47,646 nucleotides of DNA from Octopus bimaculoides (GCF_001194135.2 NC_068983.1:128831663-128879308), one strand, 5' to 3'; shown: positions 11,461 to 24,616, counted from the stretch's first letter. Notes: generated by a model not told the origin, from the sequence alone. Numbers and translations: made by a program.

Positions 11461-13779
11461 CGATTCATGCGTATAGACAGTTCATAAGTGCTAGTATTTT
11501 AAATTAAAATGTTACTTGACAATATTATAAAATTCATTACTTTCCTGAATATGTACATCCTCATTATGCCTTAGATATGCAATGGTTTCCGGCTTCTGAC
11601 TGAACACTTTTTCTACCACTTGCCAATTTCCTCAGTAATCAATTATAATCTTATTCCCGTCCTGTATCCGGTACACTATTATATGTATAATTCAAAGAAG
11701 TAAAGTGTCTCCCAGAGTGTTCAAAGGATAAAAAGTAGGCGGATAAATCGTTATGTGAAAACCATTAATATTATTTGAAACATGCACATTATGTAGTATA
11801 CGGCTCTACAGAAATTCAACGTGAGCTGAAGATATGTCTCGAGAAAGTGAACGTCATGAACTAATTTTGTCTCATTCTTCAAATCACATTGTTTTATTGC
11901 TTTCTATCTGTCGTCATCTAATTCATCTATTACTGAACTTACGATGTCTACTTCATCGCGATATTTTATTACCAACTTGATATATTTTACTTTTTACAAT
12001 GTATCTCAAGTGATATAATGAACATTTTTGCTCGTGTAAATTTTTTAAAGAAATGTTCCCACAAGCATAAGCAAAAACATTTTACCTTCTTAATTTTATT
12101 TCAAGAGCTATGATGTTTTGCCTGTAAAATGTGTGGACTAGCAGGGAAATGAAAGCACTGGAGACATAATATCCATAATTAATATAGTAAGGAGAATAAA
12201 TACCTTATAAACTGTTGCAGTGGAAATTGATACTGGAATGAAATACGTTTTAGTTTCATTGAGATTTAAATGCATACTCGCAGTTTAGTTTGTAAGTCTC
12301 TTTGGAGAAGCTTCTACATACAGCTCAGAGATATTTACTCCCTATAAAACAAAATATGATAGACGACAGAAGGAATCGAAGCACTCTTGTAAAAATGGAA
12401 GTGTATCGTATCTTTCAAACATACCATTAGTGATTTACAACACTACCCGAACGGTGATGTACAGGTCTAGAAATATGACCTCAGCCTGCGGTGGAGAAAG
12501 AGCGATTCGGTTATATTTGGACTTGTCAACTCGCAGTCAAAGAGGTACTAATATCCAGTCAACTCCAAGTACATATGCGGAAATACTTTTAGCGAGATCT
12601 GCATTCTACCAATAAAAAATATTAAAATTTATCTCCAAAATATATATGTTCAGAGTCTGTGCCAAAAAGTGTGTTCTCTTTTTACCAACTTTTTCCCAAT
12701 CTCAAATATGATGTACTATAGACCCACAAACAAGACTTCCATCTTAAAATTATACACAATCAAATTATCTCCCTTAAATAAATTGTAAACATCTGCGTAT
12801 AATTTCACTCGGATATGGACAGCGCAATGTGTTATGAAGAAAAACGTTCTAAATTTTTTTTTATTATTACAAATACGCTGTCCAAGAGAAGTCCAGTTTT
12901 CTTCTTTCTCTACTGTTAATTTGAATATCCCAAACGTTTAGAGCTTTCTTCTTTTTCGGATATATGAACTGCTGACGATTTATTACGCACCACCGATACA
13001 AAGTGTTTTATAAAAGACCATTATGCGGTTTGTGTTCGATAGCAATAACGCTGGACGCGGCCACCCAGAATCAAAGATCTCAAAGCATTCTAAGTGGTCT
13101 TAATGAACATTTTTCCCAAGCTAAGATACTGTAAGTCCTCTTGTTTTTTTTATGCAAACTTTGACTGCTAAAACACTCCGACAGACCTTTAATATTCTCC
13201 GATCGAACTAATTTTATGTAGAAAAATAACGCAGAAGTATAGGCGCACCCCCTCACGCATACAACAACATTAACAGTGAAGTCAAACAGTTAGCCAACAA
13301 CCTAGGTATAGTTGATAGTGGAGAAAAATTAGCCCTTCTCTCCTAACTTGTTTGGAAAGGATTTTCCTTATGTTAATGGACAAACACTTCACGCAGTCAC
13401 ACAGATACAGACATTTGTTCAATAGATTCAACAGAAGGATCTTCTTGTGCTGCGTGCCTAATATTTAAAGAATTTTACTGAACACCCCTAAAACGCGAGC
13501 AGAGGCCGGTTGCTCCTGTAGGGTGTACAATGATTTCTTAGTGGTAGGTCAATATGAGGCTGAGGAGATTACAAATGAGGTTGTGGTCATAACCGTCACC
13601 ACTATCCAGTGTAGTAGCAGCAGTAGTGGTGCATTAAACGGTAAAAACATCAGCACCAATACCATCACTGCGGCCAGAGATGACTGTTACGCCGGCAACA
13701 ATGGAACTAGCGGTCTCACGCCCAGAAATAACAACATGGACAGAGTAACAGCAGCAACGTCCGACTGAGGCTAAGGGAA

Positions 13780-14000
13780 TAAACACACATATTCGGAGAT
13801 ACATCGGTTCTGCCGGTACTGTCTTTAAGCAACGTCTGTACAGTGCAGTTTAAGATTCCGTGGCTCCTAAAAGATTCAATTCAATGGAAGTCCCTTGAAT
13901 AGGCGGGTCCTATATGAATGGGAGCAGACGATGCAATCTTTGCATAGTAGAGCTAGCAAGGATCCTAAAGGGCTCGCTAGATAACATGGATATTTGAAAT
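13780..14000 (+). mobile_element. Penelope-like element (Neptune-type) GIY-YIG endonuclease fragment
   Basis: YIGSAGTVFKQRLY starts at 13800. WLLKD..QWK is in an adjacent frame. SYMNGSRRCNLCIVE is at about 13910-13950 in the YIG frame. This is the motif order of Neptune-type PLE endonucleases (YIG..FKxR..W.LK..PY.NG..CxLC..EK). Confidence 0.7.
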
Positions 14001-14279
14001 TCCAGTCAAAAGGTATTCAGTCCTTGTTCCAATTTTAATCCCGTTCGTTGATTAGAGCAGGAAAATTTTGCTAACTGGAACCTACATAACGGCGATAATT
14101 CTGTTCACCTAAGATGCAGAGAATATATGTTTCGTTACAAAATTTACTACCTCCAAAGTTTTTCTATCTTCACTTTGAAAAGAGATTATATGCTCGCGGT
14201 TTTTATATTCAGACGAGCAATGTATAAGGCTAAGCGCTGTATAAATGTGAAATCATTGCGACTCTATGACCAGTCATAT

Positions 14280-14333
14280 TATTAACGCACACAAACACAA
14301 ATTAACACCACACACACACACAAACACAAATCA

Positions 14334-14368
<35 letters not shown>

Positions 14369-14515
14369 GTGCATATTATAGCCCCATTCACCCACACTTA
14401 CACAAACACACACATACGCGTACAGACACAAATACACGCAGACATACGCATGCAAACAAAAATAATCACACACATACATACACACATACGCATACAAACA
14501 CAAATCAATGCACAT
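14280..14515. repeat. Compound (CA)n microsatellite/minisatellite
   Basis: (CA)n runs with recurring units acacatacgc(g/a)t(a/g)ca(g/a)aca(c/a)aaat and acaaacacaaatcaat. Confidence 0.9.
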
Positions 14516-15374
14516 AGTACTTACGTGGATGAAAGGTAGTATATTCAAAAACCAGAAATGAATGTTATTAAGTCTACTGCTATACACCTTTACTTAATAT
14601 ATGATATGAAGGAAATACAATATATTACGTGGACACATTGTAACATTAGGTGAGTGCAATGGCTGTAATTTTCTAGGCCAATCGATACAATAAGTGGATA
14701 TTTGGTTATAATTTCTGTCCCACTTGAAACTAATAAGTGAATACATAGACATAATATAGAACAAAATTGATTAATGTGCTTAATTCGTAACAAATTATAC
14801 ATAAGTGGGGTGAAGACATTCAAAACACGTAACAGGGGCTATATACATGAATCACCTGGTATGCGGGAAATGTTTGACTAATCAGGTTACTGCAACGAAA
14901 GAAACAATATTGTTTCTCACAAGAATATACACGAGATAGATTGAAATGTTTTCAATGATCACGAAACTAGAGCACTAATTGCAGCTTCATCCGATGTTAA
15001 CATTTTTTTTTTATTACCTACAAAAAATAAAAGGTCCTTGTGGAAAATAGAAAATGATTCTTTCCCGAAAAAATACCATGTCATTTTTGCATAGACGGCA
15101 ATACATAAATAGATTAGTTAAAGACAATAATACAATTAAAACACGTGTTCCATTATCTAAGAATACATAGTAGTTGAAATTCGGTAAACCTAGTACATTA
15201 ATATCTTACGCTGATAATATTTAAGTACACACATAAAATGAACATTACTCTTTTTCATCAACGTTAGATGTTTGCGAAGCTATACTTAACAGTGCTATCT
15301 ATGGGTACTAGGCAGATTTAAGTGGAAAATTCATTATACATAGTATATCGCTAGCACAATACAGGTTTCATGTT

Positions 15375-15563
15375 GGCAAAAGGCCCGAAATTTGGAGAAG
15401 GGGATAAATCAATTACATCAACCCCAGTGTTCAACTGGTACATGTTTTGTCAACTCTGAAAAGGCAAAGTCGCCCTCGGTGGAATATGATCTCAGAACGT
15501 GATGGCGGACGAAATGACACAAAGCACTTTTCCCGATGTGTGAACGTTCCTGCCAGCTCGCTA
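15375..15563 (-). mobile_element. tRNA-derived SINE, same family as 6740-6902
   Basis: The reverse complement reads agcgagctggcaggaacgttcacacatcggg...ttctgagatcatattccaccgagggcgactttgccttttc...gttgacaaaacatgtaccagttgaacactggggttgatgtaattga...aatttcgggccttttgcc. Confidence 0.85.
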
Positions 15564-16062
15564 CCTGTACAGCTTTCACAATAATGAATATGATGTGTAG
15601 TGACCTCGTCATATCCTTTTCGATCTATTACTGCGTCGATTACTCCTTCCTTTGACCGATGGAAGTTTATGATTTTTACAGTCACAAAATATTTGTCAAG
15701 AAGGATTCTGATTCCGTCATATATTTTATATTCTTTTTCTCATTTTTAGTAACTAAAAGACCCCATAGCGCGCATGAACTTCATACGATTGGAAGAAACT
15801 TAATAAAGGGAGAAATAAAAGACTTCACTGCAGTAACCGAAAGGAATCTCAACAAATTTGAAGACGCGATAAGATCTTAGAGTGCAGAGAATATTATCAA
15901 TTACCACTAGGCATTTTATTTGCACCCTTAACGATCCTTTTAATTCACTACCATGTGTTGTTTATAGGTGATAAAAACACGAGTAGGAAACGGGGATTAG
16001 CTTACGACAAAGACAAAACAAACTGACTTGGTAAAGGTTGAAGTGGAGGCAGATGTTACATC

Positions 16063-17330
16063 TGTCACGTTGAGTAAAACGTAAGCAAGGTTTTGAACCA
16101 TGAAGAATTTATTCCGGATTGTTGCAAAGTATTATTTTTTTAATATTTGTTTTGCAATTGTCTAATAATACAGACATAGACTTGCATCAATAAATTCACG
16201 TTGATATTTTGTTTTCACCGTTGTTACAATCATCTGAAAAAGAAATGTCAAAGCGCGATATTCGAGCAATTTTACTATTGAATTTCAGAAAAGGGCGTAA
16301 AGCAGCTGAAACTGCTCGCGGTATCAACGAAAAGTTTGGTGAGGAAATGACCAGTGAGTGGTCAACTCGGAAATGGTTTTAACGATTTCGCAGTAGAGAC
16401 GTGAGCCCTGAACATAGTGAGCGTAATGGACGCCCATCTGTCAATGATTACGGTTAATTAAAGTCTATCATTGAGAAAAATCCACGTAAAACCACTCCAG
16501 AACTGGCAAAAAAGTTTCAAGTTAACTAAAAAAACTGCCTGCAGCCATTGCCATGTGATCGGAAAAGCAACACACCTCGACAAATGATACCACACGATTT
16601 GAATGAAAATCAAAACATGCGCAGGTATGAAATTTGCTCGTCGCTTCTTCCCCGTAACCAGACCTGTCCATTTCGTGACCGTATTGTAATTTGCGATGAA
16701 AGGTGGCTTGTGTACAATAATGAAAAACGTTCTTCGCAACAGGTAGGCCAAAATGAAGCACCGAAAACTTTCCCTAAACCCCAGTTCTTCAAAAAGAAGT
16801 TTTTGGTGACGGTTTCGTGGTGTACACCTGGACTTACCTCTTAAAACACAGAAAAAAAAAAAAGCACTATTACTGCAGAGACATACTGACATGAAATTAC
16901 CAAGAGGAAAGAAAATTTATTACTCCTCCGTCACAAACTGGTCAATAGAAGAGGGCCAATCATTTTTCATGACAATGCTTGATCAAACGTTTCACTAACG
17001 ACGCTCGAATTTGCTACAAATTTCTTCCCCACGCATCTTATTACCCAGACTTTTCTCCTACCGACTACCACTTTTGCAAACACTTTGATAGTTTTCTGCG
17101 AGAGAAGGAGTGCAAAAATTAAACTGATGCTGAAAGTGTGCTCAAAGAGTTCATTAGATCCAGAACTTCAGATTCTTATGTGACCGGAATAAACTAACTT
17201 GTAACTCGTTGGTAAATATGTATTGACTATAATAGCACTTACTTTGATGAATAACATTTCCGAATTGTTGAAATATATTGTGGTGAATTTCATGTTTCAA
17301 AACGTTGCTTACATTTTACTGAGCCTGATA
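16063..17330 (+). mobile_element. Full-length mariner (D,D34D) DNA transposon with both TIRs; transposase pseudogene
   Basis: The left end (16063-16102) and the reverse complement of the right end (17291-17330) match at 33/40 positions. The right end finishes in TA. The transposase runs from ATG 16245 (MSKRDIRAILLLNFRKGRKAAETAR) through IPHDL, ICDERW, FHDNA and YYPDFSPTDYH to a stop at 17254, with several stops and frameshifts. Length about 1.27 kb. Confidence 0.95.
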
Positions 17331-17949
17331 TAATCTACTCTTGTCATGTGGAAAATGCGGCAGCAGGAAACTTAAGTAACTTTATGCAAAACTAAAACAA
17401 AGAAAGATATCAGCAAATATACAAACTAATTTAGAAGCCGTGCCACTTTAAGAAATATGTCGGCAACCGTTAAATCAAGCCTCGGACCACGCACTAAGAT
17501 TTACGAATACATTTAGTATATACCATACATCTGTAAAAGAGTGTAGATCCATCTTGTTGCACTAGATATACCATATAGTAGATTAGTGAAATCACTCCAT
17601 CTCAAATAAAATAACCTAAAATGATACGATTTTACGGTCGGCGTCTCAAATTATTTAGTTATGAAAAACTTAAATTGTATTTGATACATGTAACAACACA
17701 ACAGTCATGATCACTGTCAGTTTATCATCAGCCTTAGTTGAAGCGGTCGTCATTGAGAAGTAACACGATTTAGCGATAAATTTGTGTCTCATATTTACAT
17801 ATAGTAAATATTATAAGATATTTTAAGTATATAAATATGGTATGAAAACACATTCAGATACGAATGTTGTATCAGAAGTATTATAGACAAATATATAACT
17901 AAAAACTTGTAGAATCCTATGGGTTTGTTCTCTCCCCTCCACTTCTCCT

Positions 17950-17999
17950 CTTCTGTCTGTCTATCTGTCTATCTGTCTGTCTGCCTCACACACACACAC

Positions 18000-18036
<37 letters not shown>

Positions 18037-18046
18037 NNNNNNNNNN

Positions 18047-18090
<44 letters not shown>
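17950..18090. repeat. (CTGT)/(CA)/(CT)n microsatellite spanning a 10-N gap
   Basis: Directly visible. Confidence 0.95.
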
Positions 18091-18093
<3 letters not shown>

Positions 18094-18769
18094 AATATCA
18101 TGATCATTGAAGTGCCACCTTTTTAAGTCGTGGTACTAAGAAAAGAAATTAGAGAATACGGAATGGGGGTTTGCAACAATCTTATAAGTAACAGCACATA
18201 AACTGTCAGTCGGAGAGAACCCAATCGATATTTTTGAACTCAGTTATAACTGAGTTAAATTTAATACATATAAAACACTGAAACAATTGCGGAAAATGTT
18301 GAAAATGGTGACTAGATTATAGCAGTAAGATGGAGTAAAATATCGATATATGTAATATTTGAGAATTGAATACACCGAATATTTAATGCATGCAATGTTT
18401 TAACACGAAATGAAAATACGGATATCCCATTAACGTAAATATTTCCACTGAAATATGCGAGAAATACGTTAGGTATTTAACAGTGACATCCATGTGCACT
18501 ATGTACTAATATGGTGAAATTTCACTATAAATGCTTTACTGCCATGATAATATTGGATGTAATGTGTAATGGACATCTGAATAGGAATGAAATGTATTCC
18601 GATATAACTTCGTTATAAAAACTACATCATTGCTAATGAAACGTCAGTATCAGTGGCATTAACACTGGAAGGAAATTAATATTCCAATATCGGAGTGTAT
18701 GAATATCAAAGCTGTAAATAATCTAACCTGAAACAGATATTGACAATTTGTCATGTACCATTTCTACAG

Positions 18770-18815
18770 ATGCCATATGATTCTAGCGATGATGAAAGAC
18801 AACGTGCTAGTGAAA
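18770..18815 (+). CDS. Weak candidate exon MPYDSSDDERQRASE
   Basis: Acceptor catttctacag| and donor aaa|gtaagc flank a 46-nt open frame starting with ATG. No family recognised. Confidence 0.2.
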
Positions 18816-20497
18816 GTAAGCGAAGCAGCGCATTAATTATTTCAACAAAAGTAAATAATTCCACTAAGAGATATTTGACTAAAATCTTTAGCAATCTAAT
18901 TAAGCTGTAACAGTTCAAATGACATGAAAGTTTGAACCAGATATCGCAGTGTGGTCCAGAATCATGAAAACTTGATACGATAATAATTTGTGTCTATAAT
19001 TGAGAGCAGAGCTCTGAATAAGCTTATTATGTTCAAACGTTCTTGTAAAATGAATGAATTTGTGAGTATATACATGTGTGCTTGCATAGATATAAACATG
19101 TATGTATGTATATANNNNNNNNNNNNNNNNNNNNNNNNNNNNNNNNNNNNNNNNNNNNNNNNNNNNNNNNNNNNNNNNNNNNNNNNNNTATATATATATA
19201 TATATATATATATTGATACGTCTACTATTACAAGTAAAAATGATAGTCGGCTTGAGTTTCGCCTTCAGTCGTGACCAGCCGAACGCAAAATTCAAGCAGA
19301 CGGCACTAAATCAACAGATCTTTCCACGCTCCGCAAATACTTCTGTTAAATAGCAAATACTTGTAATCTACTTGCTTTTGATAAAGTGTTATATAAGATG
19401 ACCTCCCAATTGAAGAACCCAAATATGCACAAAAGGACTTAACATATACTAACGGAAACATTCTTGTAGAAAGTAAAATTATAGATTGTAACCTGAAGCT
19501 TATACGTCATAAACCACAAAGATTTACAAATATATCAGCTGCTTGTCATAGAATGTTATAGTTGGTTGCGACTATTTCGGAAGATGAAGTTATAAAATTG
19601 AAAGCAACATACAAAAGAAAATGTATTAACTTTGCGCACTATCAATTTTGATAATTACTTCGGTAGAGATCTACCTGATATGTGAATTTGAAACTATAAC
19701 GGTGTGGTAGAATGAGTTAGAGAAGTGTGTTATAGCAGGATTGCAAAATGTTTGCAAACGAACTAGGTCTTTGATTCATGCCTTGGTTGCGTGTGCCAGT
19801 GCAGCATAAATTGTTTGCTCCCTCCAAGCGTCTGAAACAAGAGTAATGAATCGCTGCACAAAACGTGCGAGAATCCAATAGAGACGATCAGCTACATATT
19901 GCTGTTGTTTCTGCAGGTTTGGATAAAGATTTCTGACGAAAGATTTTGCTATATATGTCATTCAATATTTCCACATTCAAATTTCCGTTAATAGACATAG
20001 TGTTTGCACGATTCTTATTAAGAGCTAAAATAACTGACCACTACAGCTGATTTGTTGCAATAATGCTCAAAGCATAATGCTATATTCTGCAAAATAATTT
20101 AACTTTTAACAACGCTATAACGCTGTCTCTTGAGTTATCGACTAAGACTTCACTAAACATACAAAGCATGCAGACCTAATTGCTATTGTGAACGTAAGTA
20201 TAATTCATTTTAGATTCTAATAGAAAAACAAAAATTATACATGTCCCTGACAATATAGAATGGCGAGGAGCAAAATTTTTGTTTCCTGTTGGAGGAGTGA
20301 ATGAGAGGATGGACTTAGATACTTCAAAATTGGCTTTAATTTGTTAACAGGGTATCGTATAAAAAATAAAGATTAGGGAAGAATTTGAAACTCCTGAAGT
20401 CTAGAATATTTATTGTACAAAAATAATGTTGATTCTCCAAATTATATGAGTACAGTTACTAAATAAATCATTGATTCATGCAATGATAGAGATCTTC

Positions 20498-20526
20498 TTC
20501 TTCTTCTTCTTCTTCTTCTTCTTCTT
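20498..20526. repeat. (TTC)n microsatellite
   Basis: Directly visible. Confidence 0.95.
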
Positions 20527-20699
20527 GAAACATCACGACTGCGATGTCTACAGTTAGAATCTACAGTTAGCTTTAGTTAATCATCAATTTCCTACTGTGT
20601 CTTTCTGTGTCGTTTAATGGTGTCCGCCGTCCAAGTGTGTCAAGGTTTCATAAAATTCTAAAACCTGTCGTTCAGCACTATAGTAATAACCAGCCAAAT

Positions 20700-21040
20700 G
20701 TCTCAGGTGTTTGTCTGATAATAGTAACGATAATTGGAATAATATCGTAAACAGCTTCTTTGGTTTAATGTTCATACCATGAGACACAAGATACAGAAGA
20801 GACATACGAAGAACGCAACAAACAATCGTTGTAGGTTGTTTATATATGTAAAGAAGAGATTAAAGACATATAATATTATATATATTTAAGGTATGAAATT
20901 TGAAATATTAGAAGACCATGTAATCAAAATTAAAATTTCACCAGTTATTGTTGGAGAATTCTGACCTGCGAGTAGGCGTTTAAGAAAACATCGGAGATTG
21001 ATAATTCTTAATGAAGGACGAGCCAAAGTATTCCAGAAGA
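20700..21040 (+). mobile_element. R4/Dong-type LINE extreme 3' fragment
   Basis: The 24-bp sequence ggtatgaaatttgaaatattagaa (20890-20913) is identical to 6502-6525, and similarity continues through the VIVG-like motif (ccagttattgttgga). Confidence 0.65.
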
Positions 21041-21099
21041 TTTGAAACTTTTCCTAGTGAGACATATACACGTATTCAGCTCAGATATGTACAAAGCTT

Positions 21100-22285
21100 C
21101 TCTCACTGCAATGTACTTTATCTAGTGTTATAGCCACTCCGTGAATGCTATCGTTACTCATCTCTTAAAACAAGACCATATCCCACAATGTATTTGCAGT
21201 AGAAGTGCTGATTCCAAGATTTCAGATACGTCACTTGTATGTAGAATAAATTCACCCTATAAACGTAAAGTACCGCAAGGTGTTTTACGTCAACTGGAAA
21301 TCTCCACTGGAATAGTGATATAGACGGGCCCTTCCCAAGAAGATAAAAAGGAAGCAGAAGCTTCAGATCCGTGCAGATAGTCTACACATGTATAGTCTCT
21401 CAGATAGCACTTGCTAAACAACAGCAGCAAAAATAAATACGTATTGCTGAAAAGTGAAGGAAAAACATCTTACGTGTTTCTAATGACTTCCTCAGAAAAC
21501 AATCTCTTCCTAATTAACTTCAATATAACCCAAACATAGCCTGAATAATATATCTCAAATAGGAACTGGATATCAAATGCTCAGGATATAGAAAACACAG
21601 ACCATGCATGATTATATGTTCCGATAACTTGAAGAAAACAGTAATATTCACATGAAGCGTAGCCTTTCTTGCACTCGTGACCATGCATCACAATAATGAT
21701 CGAAGTCTATGAATTTCCTATCCGAGAAGAGGAGATCACTGCTATATATCTAATAAGCAAAATAGCCAATAAAAAGTTTGTCATATTTTTGTGAAAAACA
21801 TCTGGCAAATTTCTCTGAAAGGTCTTATAAATGTAATTCGCAAGTGTCAAATAAATGTTTTCTCAAGATAATGCCTTCTGGGTGACATTATCACAAGAAC
21901 TATACAGTGCCATCTGGAAAGAAATATAGACCTGCAATAAGTGCAGAGAATCTCATTGTTTATTGAGTACGTACCCATAAATCAGCAGGCTCCCATCAAG
22001 ACATTAGTCAATTGTAAGCATAAAATGCCGGATATCGTTCTTTGGGAAAAGCAAGAGAAAGTATACACCGTCACAAAGGTCGCCTGTCTGCTGATGTGAA
22101 TATCTCTTCAAAAAACCAAAGGGAAAGAGGGTAACTATGGACAACTACTTCGAAACATCTAGCTTCTATAAGCAAATGACAAGATTACATGTATTCCCAC
22201 AATAATTGGTGTACATGGTTTTGTGAGTAAATGCCTTACAGACGGTTTGGATATACTATGATTTTCAGATAAAGAAATATTGGCA
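21100..22285 (+). mobile_element. R4/Dong-type LINE 3' part (zinc knuckle + RLE), second subfamily
   Basis: Decayed motifs MHDYMFR.LEENSN, EEEI, RKCQ, HKMPDIVLWEKQEK, NYGQLLRN, IPTIIGVHGFV and FSDKEI follow the order of R4-type C-termini. Confidence 0.7.
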
Positions 22286-23210
22286 ATAAGGCTGATGGGC
22301 AATTTTCCCTCAGCCAAGTTTCTCGATCATCTGTGAAGATGATCTTATCAGTGTGTGATCTTGAATTATCCTGATTGAACACCACTTTCATTCGATTCAC
22401 CAAAGCGGACCTTTTTTCTTCAAATCAGCTTTCAAATGCTCGAATTTCGGACAATACATTTGAGCATTGATTGTTGCATTAGTCGGTGGTAACTGAAAGT
22501 TGATGAATGCTTCGAAATCTCACCAAACAAAGAAAAGTACTTTCTACGCGTGGCTTTCTCTTTTGGATTGTGGTTGGGCCTATTCCCCTTCACCAAGCCA
22601 ATGTCTATGACATTTAATATTTTGATAAGAGACTCATTTTTCATTACCTTTACCTGTCTATCCAAATAGGGCGAGATGAATTAACAAGAACGAAGAGAAG
22701 AGCAGATGTGCACTCGAAATTTGCGAGAATTGTGAGCTTTCCAAGTTGTTGAAGATGATGAAGAACAGTTGCTTGCCAATTATTCAACTGAAAATGCATG
22801 ATCTTTTTCTAGTTCTGCCAAAAGGGGGTTTGTCATCAAATAAAATTCAAAGTCCTCTTCACGCCTCATCTTCAAGGCTGAAATATCAACTTCTTACGTT
22901 TCCAAACCATTTGCTGTAAGGTGTTTCATTCATGTTTCATTCATAGAAACCATCTTCTGCAAGTTCTTTCATTCATTCTTTCCCATAAGCTGAGTGAATA
23001 TTTCGAATATCTTCAGCTGCTGAGCTCCCTTTTTTAAACTCATAAATTATGGTGTGCCTCAAGTGCTCCTTAGACACTTCCGTGTCTGAAGAGCTGTAAT
23101 AGGTAGAATTTCAATCATATTAACCTGTAAAATAAAATATAATTAGTTTAAATATGTCCAGAAAGCATATAAATATTACTTCATGCCATTACTTACGGAA
23201 TGACCTGAAG
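22285..23210 (-). mobile_element. Mariner DNA transposon, 3'-truncated and decayed
   Basis: The minus strand from 23083 reads (acg)EVSKEHLRHTIIYEFKKGSSAAEDIRNIHSAYGKE..ERTCRRWF..FSLEDE, then GNEK*V (GDEKW), FNQDNSRSH (HQDNARPH) and PHQPY. A TIR-like tcaggtcattccgtaagtaatg sits at about 23187-23208. The third Asp and right TIR are missing. Confidence 0.85.
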
Positions 23211-24616
23211 TATTGTGTGTATTCAACGAAGTTTCTTAGAAACACTATAGATATATATGAACGAAGATTGGTGGATACAGATATTTTGCCACTATTATGT
23301 CTTATCACCTCCACGTAGTTGGATCGAAAGGAAGACGAACTAAATGCTTAGTCTGAATATATAGAATGAGTGTAAAAACTGTTCTCTTTCCCTGAGACAT
23401 GAAGCACTAGGAAAAAACGCCTTGAACGGAGTAATCGAAAAGCATACCGACAATGTTATCTTTATTGAGTATGAATGGTCACACAAAAGTTGGTATAACT
23501 TAAAACATTAAAACAGACATCAAGTCAAAACACAAGTCCCCAGGTATCGCTTTGTGGGACTAAGAGAAAAATATACTCTATCGTGGAAACCAATTACCCT
23601 ACGGAGGTCAATGTGGTTCGAAATATGCAGGAGAAACAAACACCTGTCGCCATCGATAATGTGTTTGCCAATCCATTATCAAAAATGCACATTTAATTGC
23701 ATACCTACTATTGTTAATAGAAATGATATCCGTGATGATGGTAATAATAAGGATAAAGATATCGATGTACATATGAATATCTATGCATTATATTTATAGT
23801 TTATATATCAAATGCAATAAATTCCTGAACAACATCTAATTATATATATAAGATTTAAATAATTAATATAATTTAATAATTGCACTAATATTCCTGTAAT
23901 AAATATTTTAAATATTTTAAAATGCTAATATTGTATTTAAGGATGTTTGTTTTTACAACTGCCTTTATATTTGCATATGTTTTCATTGTGTCAGAACGAG
24001 TATCTTCTGCAGAAGGTCAGCTAACATTAGATTCACCTCTTCCAGTGGAAATCAATAAAAGTTTCTTCATTGCTTCTCATTATACAAAATTTTCAATTTC
24101 TTAAGTTTTGGCATTTATATTTTCTTTGTGTTTCTCCCTAATGCTTATTTTAATTTAGAATGTTTAAACAATTTTTCAAATAAAGTATGAGACATTTAAT
24201 TGTTAGCTAATAAATTCAGCGTGTTCATTCTCAATGCAATTACCTTTTGGAATTAACAATTTTTACTAATAAATACATTTGAATTTGATAGTATAAATTT
24301 ATGACAAAAGAGGAAGTAAATGGAAACCTCAACGACAGCTGATACAAGACCGTTTGGAATAATATGTTTTCAGGTAATAACAAATAACCAGTTGCAATAG
24401 ATGTTTCGTCGCAATCTTCCTCATGTTGCTAATGCTGTGGCACAGACATTAACCAATCTTATGATGTTGACTTCAGATTGCAATTCGTATTACGATAACC
24501 GTTATGTGTGAAAGTCACAATACAAGAATTCAGTCAATATGAAACTAAATATTTTAATGTGTTCAGTGAATGGACCAGGAATCAAAGAAAAAATTAAACA
24601 TTCTGCAATAACTTAC

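Noticed and set aside
12880-13230. Possible mariner/Tc1 N-terminal relic on the minus strand (SGWPR, LGYSN)
   Set aside because: Only two short motif resemblances, with no TIR or catalytic motifs.
23922-24104. Signal-peptide-like ORF MFVFTTAFIFAYVFIVSERVSSAE with a possible gtcagc donor
   Set aside because: T-rich DNA gives hydrophobic peptides by chance, the donor is weak and there is no follow-on exon.
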